Assembly: GCA_001783525.1 (NCBI GenBank)
Contig: MFMS01000002.1
Location: 121,791 to 185,790 of the forward strand
DNA from: Candidatus Kaiserbacteria bacterium RIFOXYB1_FULL_46_14
Lineage (GTDB): Bacteria > Patescibacteriota > Minisyncoccia > Phycocordibacterales > UBA918
Direction: 5' to 3'
DNA: 64,000 bases
The translations under genes were made by a program, and so were the position numbers. Position 1 is the first letter of the stretch, and every line of letters starts with the position of its first letter. Below the pieces are notes generated by a model. It worked only from the letters and a program-made list of their open reading frames with translations, was not told the origin of the DNA and made no database searches. Of the stretch, positions 11,012-20,625 are shown piece by piece.

Positions 11012-11431
11012 TTATTGCAAGGCGTGGTCTTTGCGAGCGGTTTTTTCAGCGTCTGTAAGCGCAGTGTCCTCCTTGTGTATAGCAATCTCCGCTAGATGAC
11101 CAGATCCAGAAACTTGCTTGGCTCTTCGCGCGATCTGCTTGTTATGGTGGCGAAGCTTGCTAATGTAGCGCTCGACTAAACGGTTTATGAAAAGCAAGGC
11201 ACTAAGAAGCTGGTGGAACAAATAGTGTAGCAGGGTGCGAAAGTTAAACCCTCCCCAACGGTCGATATGTCGCTTAGCCTTACTTTGCCAGTCAGCCACC
11301 CGCAAATCCGCAAAAGCCCGAGCTCGCGCAAAGACGATTCGGTGTCCAGCGCTTGCTTCGGTGGCAAACAAAAGGAAAAAAGATAGTAGGAGAAAGCCAC
11401 TGATTAGGAGTGTCCAAACAGGTAAAGGCAT
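11012..11431 (-). CDS. Hypothetical membrane protein
   Basis: N-terminal TM; the ATG at 11431 sits directly after a TATAAT box, so the mRNA may be leaderless. Confidence 0.4.
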   Translation of the reverse strand: MPLPVWTLLISGFLLLSFFLLFATEASAGHRIVFARARAFADLRVADWQSKAKRHIDRWGGFNFRTLLHYLFHQLLSALLFINRLVERYISKLRHHNKQIARRAKQVSGSGHLAEIAIHKEDTALTDAEKTARKDHALQ

Positions 11432-11448
11432 AATTGTATTATAACACA

Positions 11449-11485
11449 AAACCGCGGTGCGGGCCTGTGGCCCGCACCGCGGTTT
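11449..11485 (-). terminator. Intrinsic terminator after tsf
   Basis: AAACCGCGGTGCGGGCC-TGT-GGCCCGCACCGCGGTTT, then TTTTGTGTT on the minus strand. Confidence 0.8.
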
Positions 11486-11501
11486 CTGCTCTACAATCTG
11501 C

Positions 11502-12086
11502 TTATTTTACGGATAGTCTCTTGAATTCAACTACTGAAACGTTCTCACCAAATTTTTGTACAGCACCGTTTACCATCTCGCCGATTGTGACATCAGGGTT
11601 CTTGATAAAAGGCTGTTCTAGCAAAATCTGTTCTTTGAAGTAGGCGTTTAACTTACCTTCCATGATCTTTTCCTGCATTTCCGCTGGCTTGTCTTTGATA
11701 TCTTCGGCAAAAACTTCTTTGGCCTTAGTTATAGCTTCTTCGCCAACATCATCGCGGGAAAGGAATTTAGGATTTTGTGCTGCCACATGCATAGCGATTT
11801 CCTTGGCAAGCACTACAAACTCTTCATTCTTGGAAACGAAGTCCGTTTCAGAAGCTAGGAGCACCATAGCCGCCACCTCGTTGGTGTTGTGAATATAAAC
11901 ACCGACAGTGCCAGCGCCAAGAGCGCGGTCTGATTTTTTGTCGGCCGCTTCTTTGCGCTTTTGCTTCAATACGATAAGAGCCTTCTCCATATCGCCACCG
12001 GCTTCTTCAAGCGCTCGCTTGCATTGCATCACTGAAATACCAGTTTGGTCACGCAACGCTTTGATTTGTGCTGATGTAATCTCCAT
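11502..12086 (-). CDS. tsf: Elongation factor Ts (short form, 194 aa)
   Basis: MEITSAQIKALRDQTGISVMQCKRALEEAGGDMEKA UBA-like N-terminus. Confidence 0.9.
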   Translation of the reverse strand: MEITSAQIKALRDQTGISVMQCKRALEEAGGDMEKALIVLKQKRKEAADKKSDRALGAGTVGVYIHNTNEVAAMVLLASETDFVSKNEEFVVLAKEIAMHVAAQNPKFLSRDDVGEEAITKAKEVFAEDIKDKPAEMQEKIMEGKLNAYFKEQILLEQPFIKNPDVTIGEMVNGAVQKFGENVSVVEFKRLSVK

Positions 12087-12123
12087 AAAAGAACAGATTA
12101 TCGAAATGTAATATTTGAATAAA

Positions 12124-12861
12124 TTAACGAGTGATACGACGACGGTTGTTTAGACTGGTTGGCTTTGGTACAAAGCTAGCCTTTCCTTCAGCGTAAGCTT
12201 GTGCAAGCTCGGACAATGCAATATCAACGCTAGCGCGGAGAGTGTCATTTTGTACTACTGGGTAATCAGCAGACTTGATATTGTTGTCGCTACTCATGAT
12301 AGCAATAACCGGAATATTCTTTTCACGGGCTTCTGCTACGGCTAGGTGATCGTGACGTGGGTCAACGATGAGCATCATGTCAGGAAGTTTTTCAAGAGTG
12401 CGGATACCACCAAAATTGTGCATCAACTTGTTTAGCTCACGGGTGATTATAACGCGCTCCTTCTTGGTGTACTTGCGCTCTAGTTCGCCGCTCTCACCTT
12501 GCGCAATTAGATCTGCTAGACGACCAAGGCGCTTTCTGATCTCAGTCCAGTTGGTAAGCATTCCACCTACCCAACGGTTGGTTACAAACGGCACACCGAT
12601 CTTCTCAGCTTGCTCACGAACTTGCTTGGCGATCTCGTCCTTGGTACCAACAAAAAGCACTGTCTTACCGTCCATACCAGCAGTCTTAATGGCCGCTTTG
12701 GCTTCCTCCAGAAGAGCAATTGAGCGTTCCAAATCGATCACGTCAGTACCGTCTTTAGTGCCAAAGAGATATGGCTTCATCGAAGGGTGGCGACGACTCT
12801 TTTTGAAACCGAAATGAGCTCCGGCAGCGAATAGACGATCTATTAGATTTTGATTGGTCAT
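12124..12861 (-). CDS. rpsB: 30S ribosomal protein S2
   Basis: FGFKKSRRHPSMKPYLFG...; probable TTGCGG-17-TGcTATTAT promoter and ~100-nt leader at 12862-12999. Confidence 0.95.
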   Translation of the reverse strand: MTNQNLIDRLFAAGAHFGFKKSRRHPSMKPYLFGTKDGTDVIDLERSIALLEEAKAAIKTAGMDGKTVLFVGTKDEIAKQVREQAEKIGVPFVTNRWVGGMLTNWTEIRKRLGRLADLIAQGESGELERKYTKKERVIITRELNKLMHNFGGIRTLEKLPDMMLIVDPRHDHLAVAEAREKNIPVIAIMSSDNNIKSADYPVVQNDTLRASVDIALSELAQAYAEGKASFVPKPTSLNNRRRITR

Positions 12862-12999
12862 TATATATTTGTGTGATAATCGAAGGCTACCCAGTTTCGC
12901 GTTTGTACTTCACAAACGAGCGCTACACCTAAAGCTTTTTTAGTGAAACCAGGAACACCTTCTCGGTGCTAAAGCGGGCGCATAATAGCACAAAGTCCC

Positions 13000-13980
13000 T
13001 TACTCCGCAACGGATTCCCCGCTGGTGGCTTTGTGCATCGCTTCTATAATGTTGTCCATGTTTCCAGCCATAACCTCCTCGATATTATGCCAAGACTCCT
13101 TGATTCGATGGTCTGTGATACGGCTTTGTGGGAAGTTGTAAGTGCGGATCTTTTCACTACGGTCGCCGGTGCCGATTTGGTCTTTGCGCACAGCGGCGTG
13201 CTTTTTTGCTTCTTCTTCCTCGTGCATCATTTCCAATTTAGCGATCAGTAAGGTCATTGCTTTCTCGCGGTTTTTGAGCTGACTTCGCTCTGACTGACTA
13301 CGCACGTCAACACCAGTTGGTTTGTGAATAAGACGAACAGCTGACTCCACCTTGTTTACGTTTTGCCCACCGGCGCCACCAGCGCGTGAGTACTCCATTT
13401 CGATGTCACTAGGACTGATTTCAAAAGTCGGTTTTTTGCGCAGCGGCAAGATGGCCACGGAACAAGTAGAAGTATGGATTCGGCCAGCTTTTTCTGTTAC
13501 GGGCACGCGTTGTACGCGGTGTACTCCAGTTTCAAAGCGAAGGGCGTCGTAAGCCTTGTTGTGTAGTATTTCAAAGGAGGCCTCTTTGTAGCCTCCACTT
13601 GTCGCACGTGATTCATCGTTTGTACTTATCGTCCAGCCCTGTTTTTCTGCGTATCTTAAGTAGGCGTTGGCAAGTTCTTCAGCAAAAAGCGCCGCTTCGT
13701 CCCCTCCCGCTCCGGCTCGGACTTCAAGAACCACTCCGTAAGGCTTCGCCTCCTCTTCCTTACTGGACTCAATGATTCGTCCCATCTCTTTAAATTGGCC
13801 AGCCAACTGCTCTTGGAGTAAAGAAATTTCCTCCCTTGCTAGTTCTGCCATCTCGGCATCGTTTTCGACCAATTGCTCAGCTTCACGAAGCCGGCCGAGG
13901 TCGTATTCGAACTGGCTCGCCAAAAACTGCGTCTTTGGGTTATCGCGAAATTCATTCAGTTTGTCTTGATCAAAATCCAT
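13000..13980 (-). CDS. prfA: Peptide chain release factor 1
   Basis: GGQ motif ([11 protein letters not shown]) and the PVT tripeptide (RF1-type PxT, not SPF). Confidence 0.85.
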   Translation of the reverse strand: MDFDQDKLNEFRDNPKTQFLASQFEYDLGRLREAEQLVENDAEMAELAREEISLLQEQLAGQFKEMGRIIESSKEEEAKPYGVVLEVRAGAGGDEAALFAEELANAYLRYAEKQGWTISTNDESRATSGGYKEASFEILHNKAYDALRFETGVHRVQRVPVTEKAGRIHTSTCSVAILPLRKKPTFEISPSDIEMEYSRAGGAGGQNVNKVESAVRLIHKPTGVDVRSQSERSQLKNREKAMTLLIAKLEMMHEEEEAKKHAAVRKDQIGTGDRSEKIRTYNFPQSRITDHRIKESWHNIEEVMAGNMDNIIEAMHKATSGESVAE

Positions 13981-13997
13981 ATTGCTTACATCATACC

Positions 13998-14023
13998 AAA
14001 AACCCGCGTAATCGCGGGTTTTT
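13998..14023. terminator. Intrinsic terminator-like hairpin between rpmE and prfA
   Basis: AAAAACCCGCG-TAAT-CGCGGGTTTTT. Confidence 0.6.
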
Positions 14024-14032
14024 GAGTAGTAT

Positions 14033-14317
14033 TTATTTCTGAGCCTTCTTCCCTGCTTTGGCGGCGCGAGTCTTGAACTTTTCTAGACGACCAGCGGTGT
14101 CCATGATCTTCTCTTGGCCAGTGTAGAAAGGATGTGAGGCTGAGGAAACATCAACACGTGTTACCGGGTACTCCTTACCGTCAGTCCATTTGTCGGTCTC
14201 GTTACCCTCAATCTGAACAGTTGAACCAATCAAGAAGCGCTCACTGTTAGAGTTGTCGAGGAAAATTACTGGGCGATAGTTTGCTGGATGGGTTCCCTTT
14301 TTCATAAGTGACGGCAA
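14033..14317 (-). CDS. rpmE: 50S ribosomal protein L31
   Basis: [18 protein letters not shown]-terminus. Confidence 0.85.
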   Translation of the reverse strand: MPSLMKKGTHPANYRPVIFLDNSNSERFLIGSTVQIEGNETDKWTDGKEYPVTRVDVSSASHPFYTGQEKIMDTAGRLEKFKTRAAKAGKKAQK

Positions 14318-14353
14318 CTATAACAAATAAACCTTTAGACGGCAAGTCGTATT

Positions 14354-15754
14354 TTAGCCAGCATCCAAAGTCTTGATCTCGGCTTCTAGGCGAGCTTTTC
14401 TCTCCATAACTTGGTCACCGTAGAAATGGTTTTTAGGGTTGTTGATGCCGTTCCAGCCAGAATAGTAGCGGATGGCCGCTGTCCACTCGGCATTGTAGGT
14501 ACCAGCGGTGGCGCCGTTGTCTCGCATCAAAAGCGAGGTAGCCAAGAAGGCGTCCTGATTACGGAATGGGTTGGATGGAGCATTGCTTCCGATCAATTGT
14601 CGGATAGCATCAGAACCTGGCTGATACACATACTTATCGTCGCCTGTGTTTACATAGCCGCCGTAAAGCGCCCAGGTTGATGGAATGAACTGAGAAGGAC
14701 CCATTGCCCCACCCCAACCGTATCTAGTACTTCCATACGAGATCGGACAGGAAACTTTCTGGCTTGATATATCAAAACCGAGCACACCAGCCATTACTGT
14801 AAATACTGGCACACTCCCCGGACCCATTGTTGGCTTGCCCTGCACCATCTGGTCGTAGGTACACTGACCGATGTTGGCGCCAAATTCAGACTCTTGTTCC
14901 AGAATAGCGAGAATGAAAGATGCCGATACTCCGGTCTTGGTACTAGCAAATTTAGCCAGCGATACAGCTTCAGGAAAAGGTATTCTTCCACCACCACCAG
15001 CAAGCTGGAAGAGTGCCTGGCGCAACTGTACGGCTGTCTTTTGTGTTTGTGCCAAGTGTGCTTGATAAACCGCCTCCTCACCTTTGGTAACCTCGAGGAT
15101 GTCGCTCTTCTCAGCCTCCTTAACCTGAATCGCTGCCTTCTCTGCTTCTTGCAGTTGCTTGGCCTTGGCTTCTTCTTGCTGTTTATCCTCTAAGGAGCGC
15201 TTTTGTAAAGTGGTGTCCTGCTGGATACCAGACAGAACTTGCAACGATTCGCGCAAAGAATTGTTTATGGTTCGGTAGTCCTCGAAGTCAGCAAAAAATT
15301 CAGAGAAACTTTTATTGGCCAGTAATACTTCGATCAAAGAGTTGTCGTCGATCTCTTCTGTTTTGCGTAGTAGTGAGGCTACCGACTTGCGTTGCTTGCT
15401 CTGTCGATCAGTCAGGATGTCGATAATACCCTCCTTCTGTCCAATCTGTTCGCTTATTTGCCTTATAGCCATTGATCGTGACTGGATGCCTAGTTGAGAT
15501 TTTTTGATTTGTGCAGATAGGATATCAATATCACGCTCAATGGATTGTCGCTCTGTTTGTTTGCGTTCAACCAACTGCTGTTGCACCAATATCTGCTGAT
15601 CAATCTGACCCAAAAGGGCCTTACAGGCTTCCTTGTCACTTTCTGGCGCCGTGGCGGCGTTTAATGCGGTACAGAACTCAACTGTGACAGCCGCTTCGGC
15701 ACGCGATACGCCAAAAATAAAAAACAACAAAAATACAGGCACAAAAGCTTTCAT
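14354..15754 (-). CDS. Secreted coiled-coil protein with C-terminal lytic transglycosylase (SLT/lysozyme-like) domain
   Basis: Signal peptide; long Gln/Glu-rich coiled coil; C-terminal ILEQESEFG (catalytic Glu-Ser) and GPSQFIPSTW resembling the SLT GLMQ(F)xPxTW motif. Confidence 0.6.
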   Translation of the reverse strand: MKAFVPVFLLFFIFGVSRAEAAVTVEFCTALNAATAPESDKEACKALLGQIDQQILVQQQLVERKQTERQSIERDIDILSAQIKKSQLGIQSRSMAIRQISEQIGQKEGIIDILTDRQSKQRKSVASLLRKTEEIDDNSLIEVLLANKSFSEFFADFEDYRTINNSLRESLQVLSGIQQDTTLQKRSLEDKQQEEAKAKQLQEAEKAAIQVKEAEKSDILEVTKGEEAVYQAHLAQTQKTAVQLRQALFQLAGGGGRIPFPEAVSLAKFASTKTGVSASFILAILEQESEFGANIGQCTYDQMVQGKPTMGPGSVPVFTVMAGVLGFDISSQKVSCPISYGSTRYGWGGAMGPSQFIPSTWALYGGYVNTGDDKYVYQPGSDAIRQLIGSNAPSNPFRNQDAFLATSLLMRDNGATAGTYNAEWTAAIRYYSGWNGINNPKNHFYGDQVMERKARLEAEIKTLDAG

Positions 15755-15774
15755 CCCAGTATTATATCAGACCA

Positions 15775-15810
15775 AAAAGCACCGACATTGTGGAAATGTC
15801 GGTGCTTTAT
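15775..15810 (-). terminator. Intrinsic terminator after rplY
   Basis: GCACCGACAT-TGTGGAA-ATGTCGGTGC flanked by A/T runs. Confidence 0.7.
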
Positions 15811-15826
15811 GATAAGAATTTTTGTA

Positions 15827-16471
15827 TTAAGCCTCTGCCTCGTCCTCCTTCTTGCCTTTTTGTTCAACCTCAATGGCAGTCATGTCGATTGAAGCGACCT
15901 CCTCTACTGGTTCATCTTTGGCCTCTGTTACTACTGCCACCATTTCCTCCGGATCATTCTCAACCTTTACGCCGGCTGGGATGTTCAAATCCTTAACGCG
16001 GATATGGTCTTCAAATGTATTGAGTACGCTTATGTCCACAATGATCTCATGTGGAAGATTGGCAGGCTTGGCAGTGATTTCGATTTCGTGAAGAGCCTTG
16101 GTTAGTGAACCGCCGAGTTTCACAGCCGGAGCTTCTCCGATAAAAGTTAGTTCAATTGGAACAGTTACTTCCTTGCCTTTTTCCACAGCGTAGAAGTCAA
16201 CGTGCTGGATGCCACCTTTTACTGCATTGAAAGACATATCGTGAACGAGAACCTCCTTGTCCTCATCAAGACCAGTCAAAACGATCACACTAGATTCACC
16301 GGCTTCTGCATAAGCCTTTTCGAACTCGCGACGATCTAGAGTCAAGGGAGTAGAAGACTCCTTTGCACCATAAACAACAGCTGGAAGCTTGCCTTCGGCT
16401 CGCAATTTAACCAGCTTTTTACCGCTTTCGGTACGCTTCAGGACGTTTAACTTGATAGTCATAGTGGGCAC
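15827..16471 (-). CDS. rplY: 50S ribosomal protein L25 / general stress protein Ctc
   Basis: MPTMTIKLNVLKRTESGKKLVKLRAEGKLPAVVYG; acidic C-terminal extension. Confidence 0.9.
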   Translation of the reverse strand: MPTMTIKLNVLKRTESGKKLVKLRAEGKLPAVVYGAKESSTPLTLDRREFEKAYAEAGESSVIVLTGLDEDKEVLVHDMSFNAVKGGIQHVDFYAVEKGKEVTVPIELTFIGEAPAVKLGGSLTKALHEIEITAKPANLPHEIIVDISVLNTFEDHIRVKDLNIPAGVKVENDPEEMVAVVTEAKDEPVEEVASIDMTAIEVEQKGKKEDEAEA

Positions 16472-16565
16472 ATCTTAACACAATTTATCTAATTTTCAAC
16501 GGCGGGTTTTATCCAATCAACAGCTTTTTCTTGGTAACGAGGTGTTAGACGTTTACACTGTATCA

Positions 16566-17573
16566 ATGGCTACTCGCTACGACTTTGTATCGATCGGTGA
16601 TATCACCATCGATGCCTTTATAGAACTATCAAAAAAAGACGCTCGAGTCGTCTGTGACATCGAAGGTCGGCCGTGCCAACTGATGATGAACTTTGGCGAT
16701 AAGCTACCTTACGAGGATGTGACGATTGTCCCAGCGGTCGGCAATAGTCCAAACGCCGCCGTGGCGGCTCATCGACTCGGCCTACGAAGTGCCCTCTATT
16801 GTAATCTTGGACACGACCGTAACGGCAAGGACTGTCTCGATGCTCTTCGCCAAGAAGGTATTTCTACGGATTTCGTAAAGGTACACGAACGCAAAAATAC
16901 CAACTACCACTATGTTCTTCGTTACGGTGCGGAGCGTACCATCCTCATCAAACACGAGGTCTTTCAGTATGTGCTTCCCGACTTTGGTCTGCCACCCCGC
17001 TTTTTGTATTTCTCTTCGGTTGGAGAGAGCGGATTACCTTTACACTTTGAAATTGCAAAATATCTAAAGGATCATCCGGAGACGAAGTTGGTTTTTCAAC
17101 CAGGTACCTTTCAGATTCGACTTGGCTATGAAAAGTTGAAAGAGCTTTACGCTGTAACGGAGATATTCTTTTGCAACAAAGAAGAAGCACAGACTATCTT
17201 AGGAATCAAAGAAAAAGATTTGCTCACGCTTCTTCGTGGACTTAAAAAACTCGGCCCTAAACTACCAGTGATCACCGATGGCCCTAACGGTGCTTATGTA
17301 CTAGAAGAGGATGGTTCAGCTTGGCACATGCCGATGTATCCTGATCCTAAAGAACCGGTAGATCGCACCGGTGCTGGAGATTCTTTCTCTTCGACCTTTA
17401 CGGCCGCCATTGCACTCGGACTCTCTCCACATGAAGCGCTTGCTTGGGGGCCGATCAACTCGATGTCTGTTGTTCAATATATCGGTGCACAAAAAGGGCT
17501 TCTCACACGCGAACAACTAGAGGAATATCTAAAAAAAGCCCCAGCAGACTTCAAAGCCAAGAAGTTGTTCTAG
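16566..17573 (+). CDS. PfkB-family carbohydrate kinase (ribokinase-like)
   Basis: DRTGAGDSF motif, ribokinase fold; ATG at 16566 (ORF-track start is a GTG at 16542). Confidence 0.75.
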   Translation: MATRYDFVSIGDITIDAFIELSKKDARVVCDIEGRPCQLMMNFGDKLPYEDVTIVPAVGNSPNAAVAAHRLGLRSALYCNLGHDRNGKDCLDALRQEGISTDFVKVHERKNTNYHYVLRYGAERTILIKHEVFQYVLPDFGLPPRFLYFSSVGESGLPLHFEIAKYLKDHPETKLVFQPGTFQIRLGYEKLKELYAVTEIFFCNKEEAQTILGIKEKDLLTLLRGLKKLGPKLPVITDGPNGAYVLEEDGSAWHMPMYPDPKEPVDRTGAGDSFSSTFTAAIALGLSPHEALAWGPINSMSVVQYIGAQKGLLTREQLEEYLKKAPADFKAKKLF

Positions 17574-17590
17574 CGACGTACCTCAGAAAC

Positions 17591-18583
17591 CTATACAGAA
17601 AACGCTTCGGAAATTTTCTTTACGATACTGTCTTTGTCGAGACCGTAATGTTTAAATAGCTCTTCAGTTTCTCCTGATTGCCCGAATTGATCGTCCACAC
17701 CAATACGGATGACCTTAGTTGGTCGCTCTTCACTCAAAAATTCTGCCACTGCTCCACCTAGTCCGCCGTAACGCTGGTGTTCTTCGATGGTGACGATTAG
17801 GTCATGCCCTTCTGACAATTTTAATATGGCTTCTTTATCCAAAGGCTTGATAGTAGAGAGATGAAGAATCGAAACTCCGATTCCCTTCTTTTCAAGATCG
17901 ACAGCGGCCTTGGCGGCATTATGAAACATCGATCCGGTGGTGATTATCCCGACCGTGTGTGGTAAGTCGCCTTCTTTCTCGATCCAAAGTCCACCTTTTC
18001 CAAGTTCAAATAGGGTACCTACTGTGGTGATGGTAGGAACCTTCTCACGACCTAATCGGATATAGACTGGGCCATCGTATGAAGCGGCCCACAGAGTAGC
18101 CTTCTTGGCCTCCATAGCATCAACCGGTGCGATGACTACTATGTTTGGCATAACACGCATAAGAGCGATGTCCTCGATCGCTTGATGGGTTGCTCCATCT
18201 GGGCCAACTGACACACCGCTGTGTGCGCCGATTATTTTTACGTTACGCTCATTGTAGGCAATGGTGGTGCGGATCTGTTCCCAATTTCTTCCTGGTGAAA
18301 ACATTGCGTAAGAAGTGATGAAAGGTATCTTGCCGACCGCCGCTAGTCCGGACGCCACTGACGCCATGTTTTGTTCAGCCACTCCGACTTCAATAAAACG
18401 ATCCGGAAACTCTTCCGCAAAGAGGTTGACTCGGGTTGATTCAACAAGGTCAGCAGATAACGCCACTACACGCGGATCCTTCTCACCAGCTTCTTTGAGT
18501 CCGTCACCAAAACCGTCGCGCGTTGGTGCGCTTTCGATACTTTCGTCAAAAAGTTTTGGATTGAGATGAGAAGCAATTTTCAT
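17591..18583 (-). CDS. Transketolase, C-terminal (pyrimidine-binding + C-terminal domain) subunit
   Basis: Split transketolase; matches the Pyr and C-terminal domains. Confidence 0.85.
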   Translation of the reverse strand: MKIASHLNPKLFDESIESAPTRDGFGDGLKEAGEKDPRVVALSADLVESTRVNLFAEEFPDRFIEVGVAEQNMASVASGLAAVGKIPFITSYAMFSPGRNWEQIRTTIAYNERNVKIIGAHSGVSVGPDGATHQAIEDIALMRVMPNIVVIAPVDAMEAKKATLWAASYDGPVYIRLGREKVPTITTVGTLFELGKGGLWIEKEGDLPHTVGIITTGSMFHNAAKAAVDLEKKGIGVSILHLSTIKPLDKEAILKLSEGHDLIVTIEEHQRYGGLGGAVAEFLSEERPTKVIRIGVDDQFGQSGETEELFKHYGLDKDSIVKKISEAFSV

Positions 18584-18595
18584 AAACTGGTCACA

Positions 18596-19489
18596 TTAGC
18601 ACTCGGCAGGTTTAATAGAACCACTTAGCGAACGCAGCTTTTTAAGTGCCTCTTTGCCCTGGTCGCCTTTCTTAATAATGTTTTCAGGACCTTTGCCGGG
18701 AGGATTGCCGTGCCAGTGGAAATCTCGTTCAAAAATATCAACACCTTTGCCTGGGATGGTGTGAGCGATGATAACTGAAGGCTGACTATATACAGCTTGA
18801 GCTTTGCCGATAGCATCAAGTACCATTCGTATATTGTGACCATCTACTTCTTGTACATCAAAGTTGAATGATTCAAATTTTTCACGCAGCGGTTCAAGCG
18901 GCATTACATCTTCTGTGTAACCGTCGATTTGAATGGCGTTGCGGTCAATGATAGCGATCAAGTTATGAAGACGCTCTTTGCCAGCCAACATGGCCGCTTC
19001 CCAAGTCTGTCCTTCTTGAAGTTCACCATCACTCATCAAACAATAAACGTATTGCGAAGTGTATGGATTGTCCATGCGCAGGCCGAGCGCCATTCCGGCC
19101 GCTTGTGACAGGCCACTACCAAGAGGGCCAGAGGTAGTCTCGAGTCCTGGCAGGGCTGTGCGGTGCGGGTGTCCTTGCAGCCTGGAGCCAAATTTACGCA
19201 AAGTTAGAAGTTCTTCAATTGGAAAATATCCGCGGTGTGCCAGAGTCGCGTATAGAACTGGGCAAATGTGTCCGTTTGAAAGTACCAGTCGGTCGCGCTC
19301 AGGCCAGTCTGGGTTCTTAGGGTCGTGTTTGAGTACATCAAAGTAAAGCAGAGTGAAAATGTCAGCCATTCCTAATGGACCAGCAGTATGTCCGCTACCG
19401 GCAGCTACCAGCATTTCTACAATGCTTTGGCGGATTTCATTTGCCTTGTGTTCGAGGCGTGCGATTTCGTCATCGCTGAGATAATTCAT
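18596..19489 (-). CDS. Transketolase, N-terminal (thiamine-diphosphate-binding) subunit
   Basis: GHTAGPLGMAD, GDGELQEG motifs. Confidence 0.85.
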   Translation of the reverse strand: MNYLSDDEIARLEHKANEIRQSIVEMLVAAGSGHTAGPLGMADIFTLLYFDVLKHDPKNPDWPERDRLVLSNGHICPVLYATLAHRGYFPIEELLTLRKFGSRLQGHPHRTALPGLETTSGPLGSGLSQAAGMALGLRMDNPYTSQYVYCLMSDGELQEGQTWEAAMLAGKERLHNLIAIIDRNAIQIDGYTEDVMPLEPLREKFESFNFDVQEVDGHNIRMVLDAIGKAQAVYSQPSVIIAHTIPGKGVDIFERDFHWHGNPPGKGPENIIKKGDQGKEALKKLRSLSGSIKPAEC

Positions 19490-19516
19490 CTCTTTGATTA
19501 TAACGCGAGTGTGTGA

Positions 19517-20164
19517 TCAACTAGCAATAATTTTCAACAGGTCTTCATAAGTGGACTCGGGATCAGCGGAATTCAAAATTGCTGATCCAACAACGAAACG
19601 ATTTGCACCGGCATTTTTCAGAGCTGCTAGATTGGTTTTGCCGACCGCGCCATCTACCGTGATGGTCAGATTTGGATATAAGGAACGGATAGTGGTGATT
19701 CGATCTATTACGCGATCATCAAACGGTTCGCCTTGCTTGCCAATCGAAGCAATGCCCATTAGTTGAACAAAATCTATTTGATCGACAAAAGGGTGTAATC
19801 GCTCGATCGGCGTATCGTTGTTGATAGCTAATCCTAAAAGGACGTGAGTGTTGTCCTTTAATGACAGGATATCTTCAACTGAAGACAAACTCTCTAAGTG
19901 AATCACGATCCGCTTTGCACCGATGGTCAACCAATCTTTGGCTACGAGGACGGGATTATCAACCATTAGATCAACTTCGATTTCGTGATCCTCGATGAGG
20001 GCGGTCGCGTCAGCGGCCGCCCCAACCGGTTCATACGGCCAGGAAACATTTTCTACAAACTTTCCATCCACTAAATCAATTTGCACAGCTGGAGCAAAAG
20101 ATAAAAGAGCCAATTTGTCTTTGAGGTCATCGAGTGACTTCGGAATAATGGCAGGAATAATCAT
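19517..20164 (-). CDS. rpe: Ribulose-phosphate 3-epimerase
   Basis: TIM-barrel Rpe-like motifs (MIIPAI..., ...TVDGAVG...). Confidence 0.7.
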   Translation of the reverse strand: MIIPAIIPKSLDDLKDKLALLSFAPAVQIDLVDGKFVENVSWPYEPVGAAADATALIEDHEIEVDLMVDNPVLVAKDWLTIGAKRIVIHLESLSSVEDILSLKDNTHVLLGLAINNDTPIERLHPFVDQIDFVQLMGIASIGKQGEPFDDRVIDRITTIRSLYPNLTITVDGAVGKTNLAALKNAGANRFVVGSAILNSADPESTYEDLLKIIAS

Positions 20165-20170
20165 ATACGC

Positions 20171-20611
20171 TTAGCCAAGTTTTTGAATCCTCCTCACATG
20201 TCGTTCGTCGCCACTGAATTCGGTTTGTAGCCAAAGACGAATGGCGGTTTTAGCATCGTCAACGGTAATGAACCTGGCACCTAAAGACAGCACGTTGGCG
20301 TCGTTGTGTTCGCGAGAGAGTTTTACAATAGAAAGATCCCCGCCATAAAAGACGGCCGCACGGGCGCCTTCTACACGATTGGCTGCCATAGCTTCCCCTT
20401 GCCCGCTGCCGCCAAAGATAATCGCGCGGTCTTCACTTGAAGATGCAACGGCCAGTGCGGCTGGTTTTATAAAGTCGGGGTAGTCGTCTTCTTGGTCGAG
20501 TTTTGTTGCGCCGTGGTCTTCGACTTCAAGCTTAAGCTCATCTCGCACAAATGCCAACAACTCGTTCTTTAATACAAATCCGGCGTGATCAGAGGCAAAG
20601 TGAATTTTCAT
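20171..20611 (-). CDS. rpiB: Ribose-5-phosphate isomerase B
   Basis: MKIHFASDHAGF RpiB/LacAB N-terminus. The alternative GTG at 20626 would overlap the gap stop by 1 nt. Confidence 0.85.
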   Translation of the reverse strand: MKIHFASDHAGFVLKNELLAFVRDELKLEVEDHGATKLDQEDDYPDFIKPAALAVASSSEDRAIIFGGSGQGEAMAANRVEGARAAVFYGGDLSIVKLSREHNDANVLSLGARFITVDDAKTAIRLWLQTEFSGDERHVRRIQKLG

Positions 20612-20625
20612 AATTTTGACAACCA

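Noticed and set aside
13000-13980. Programmed +1 frameshift of a release-factor gene
   Set aside because: The protein has the RF1-type PVT motif, not RF2 SPF. RF1 genes are not frameshift-regulated, and the ORF is uninterrupted.
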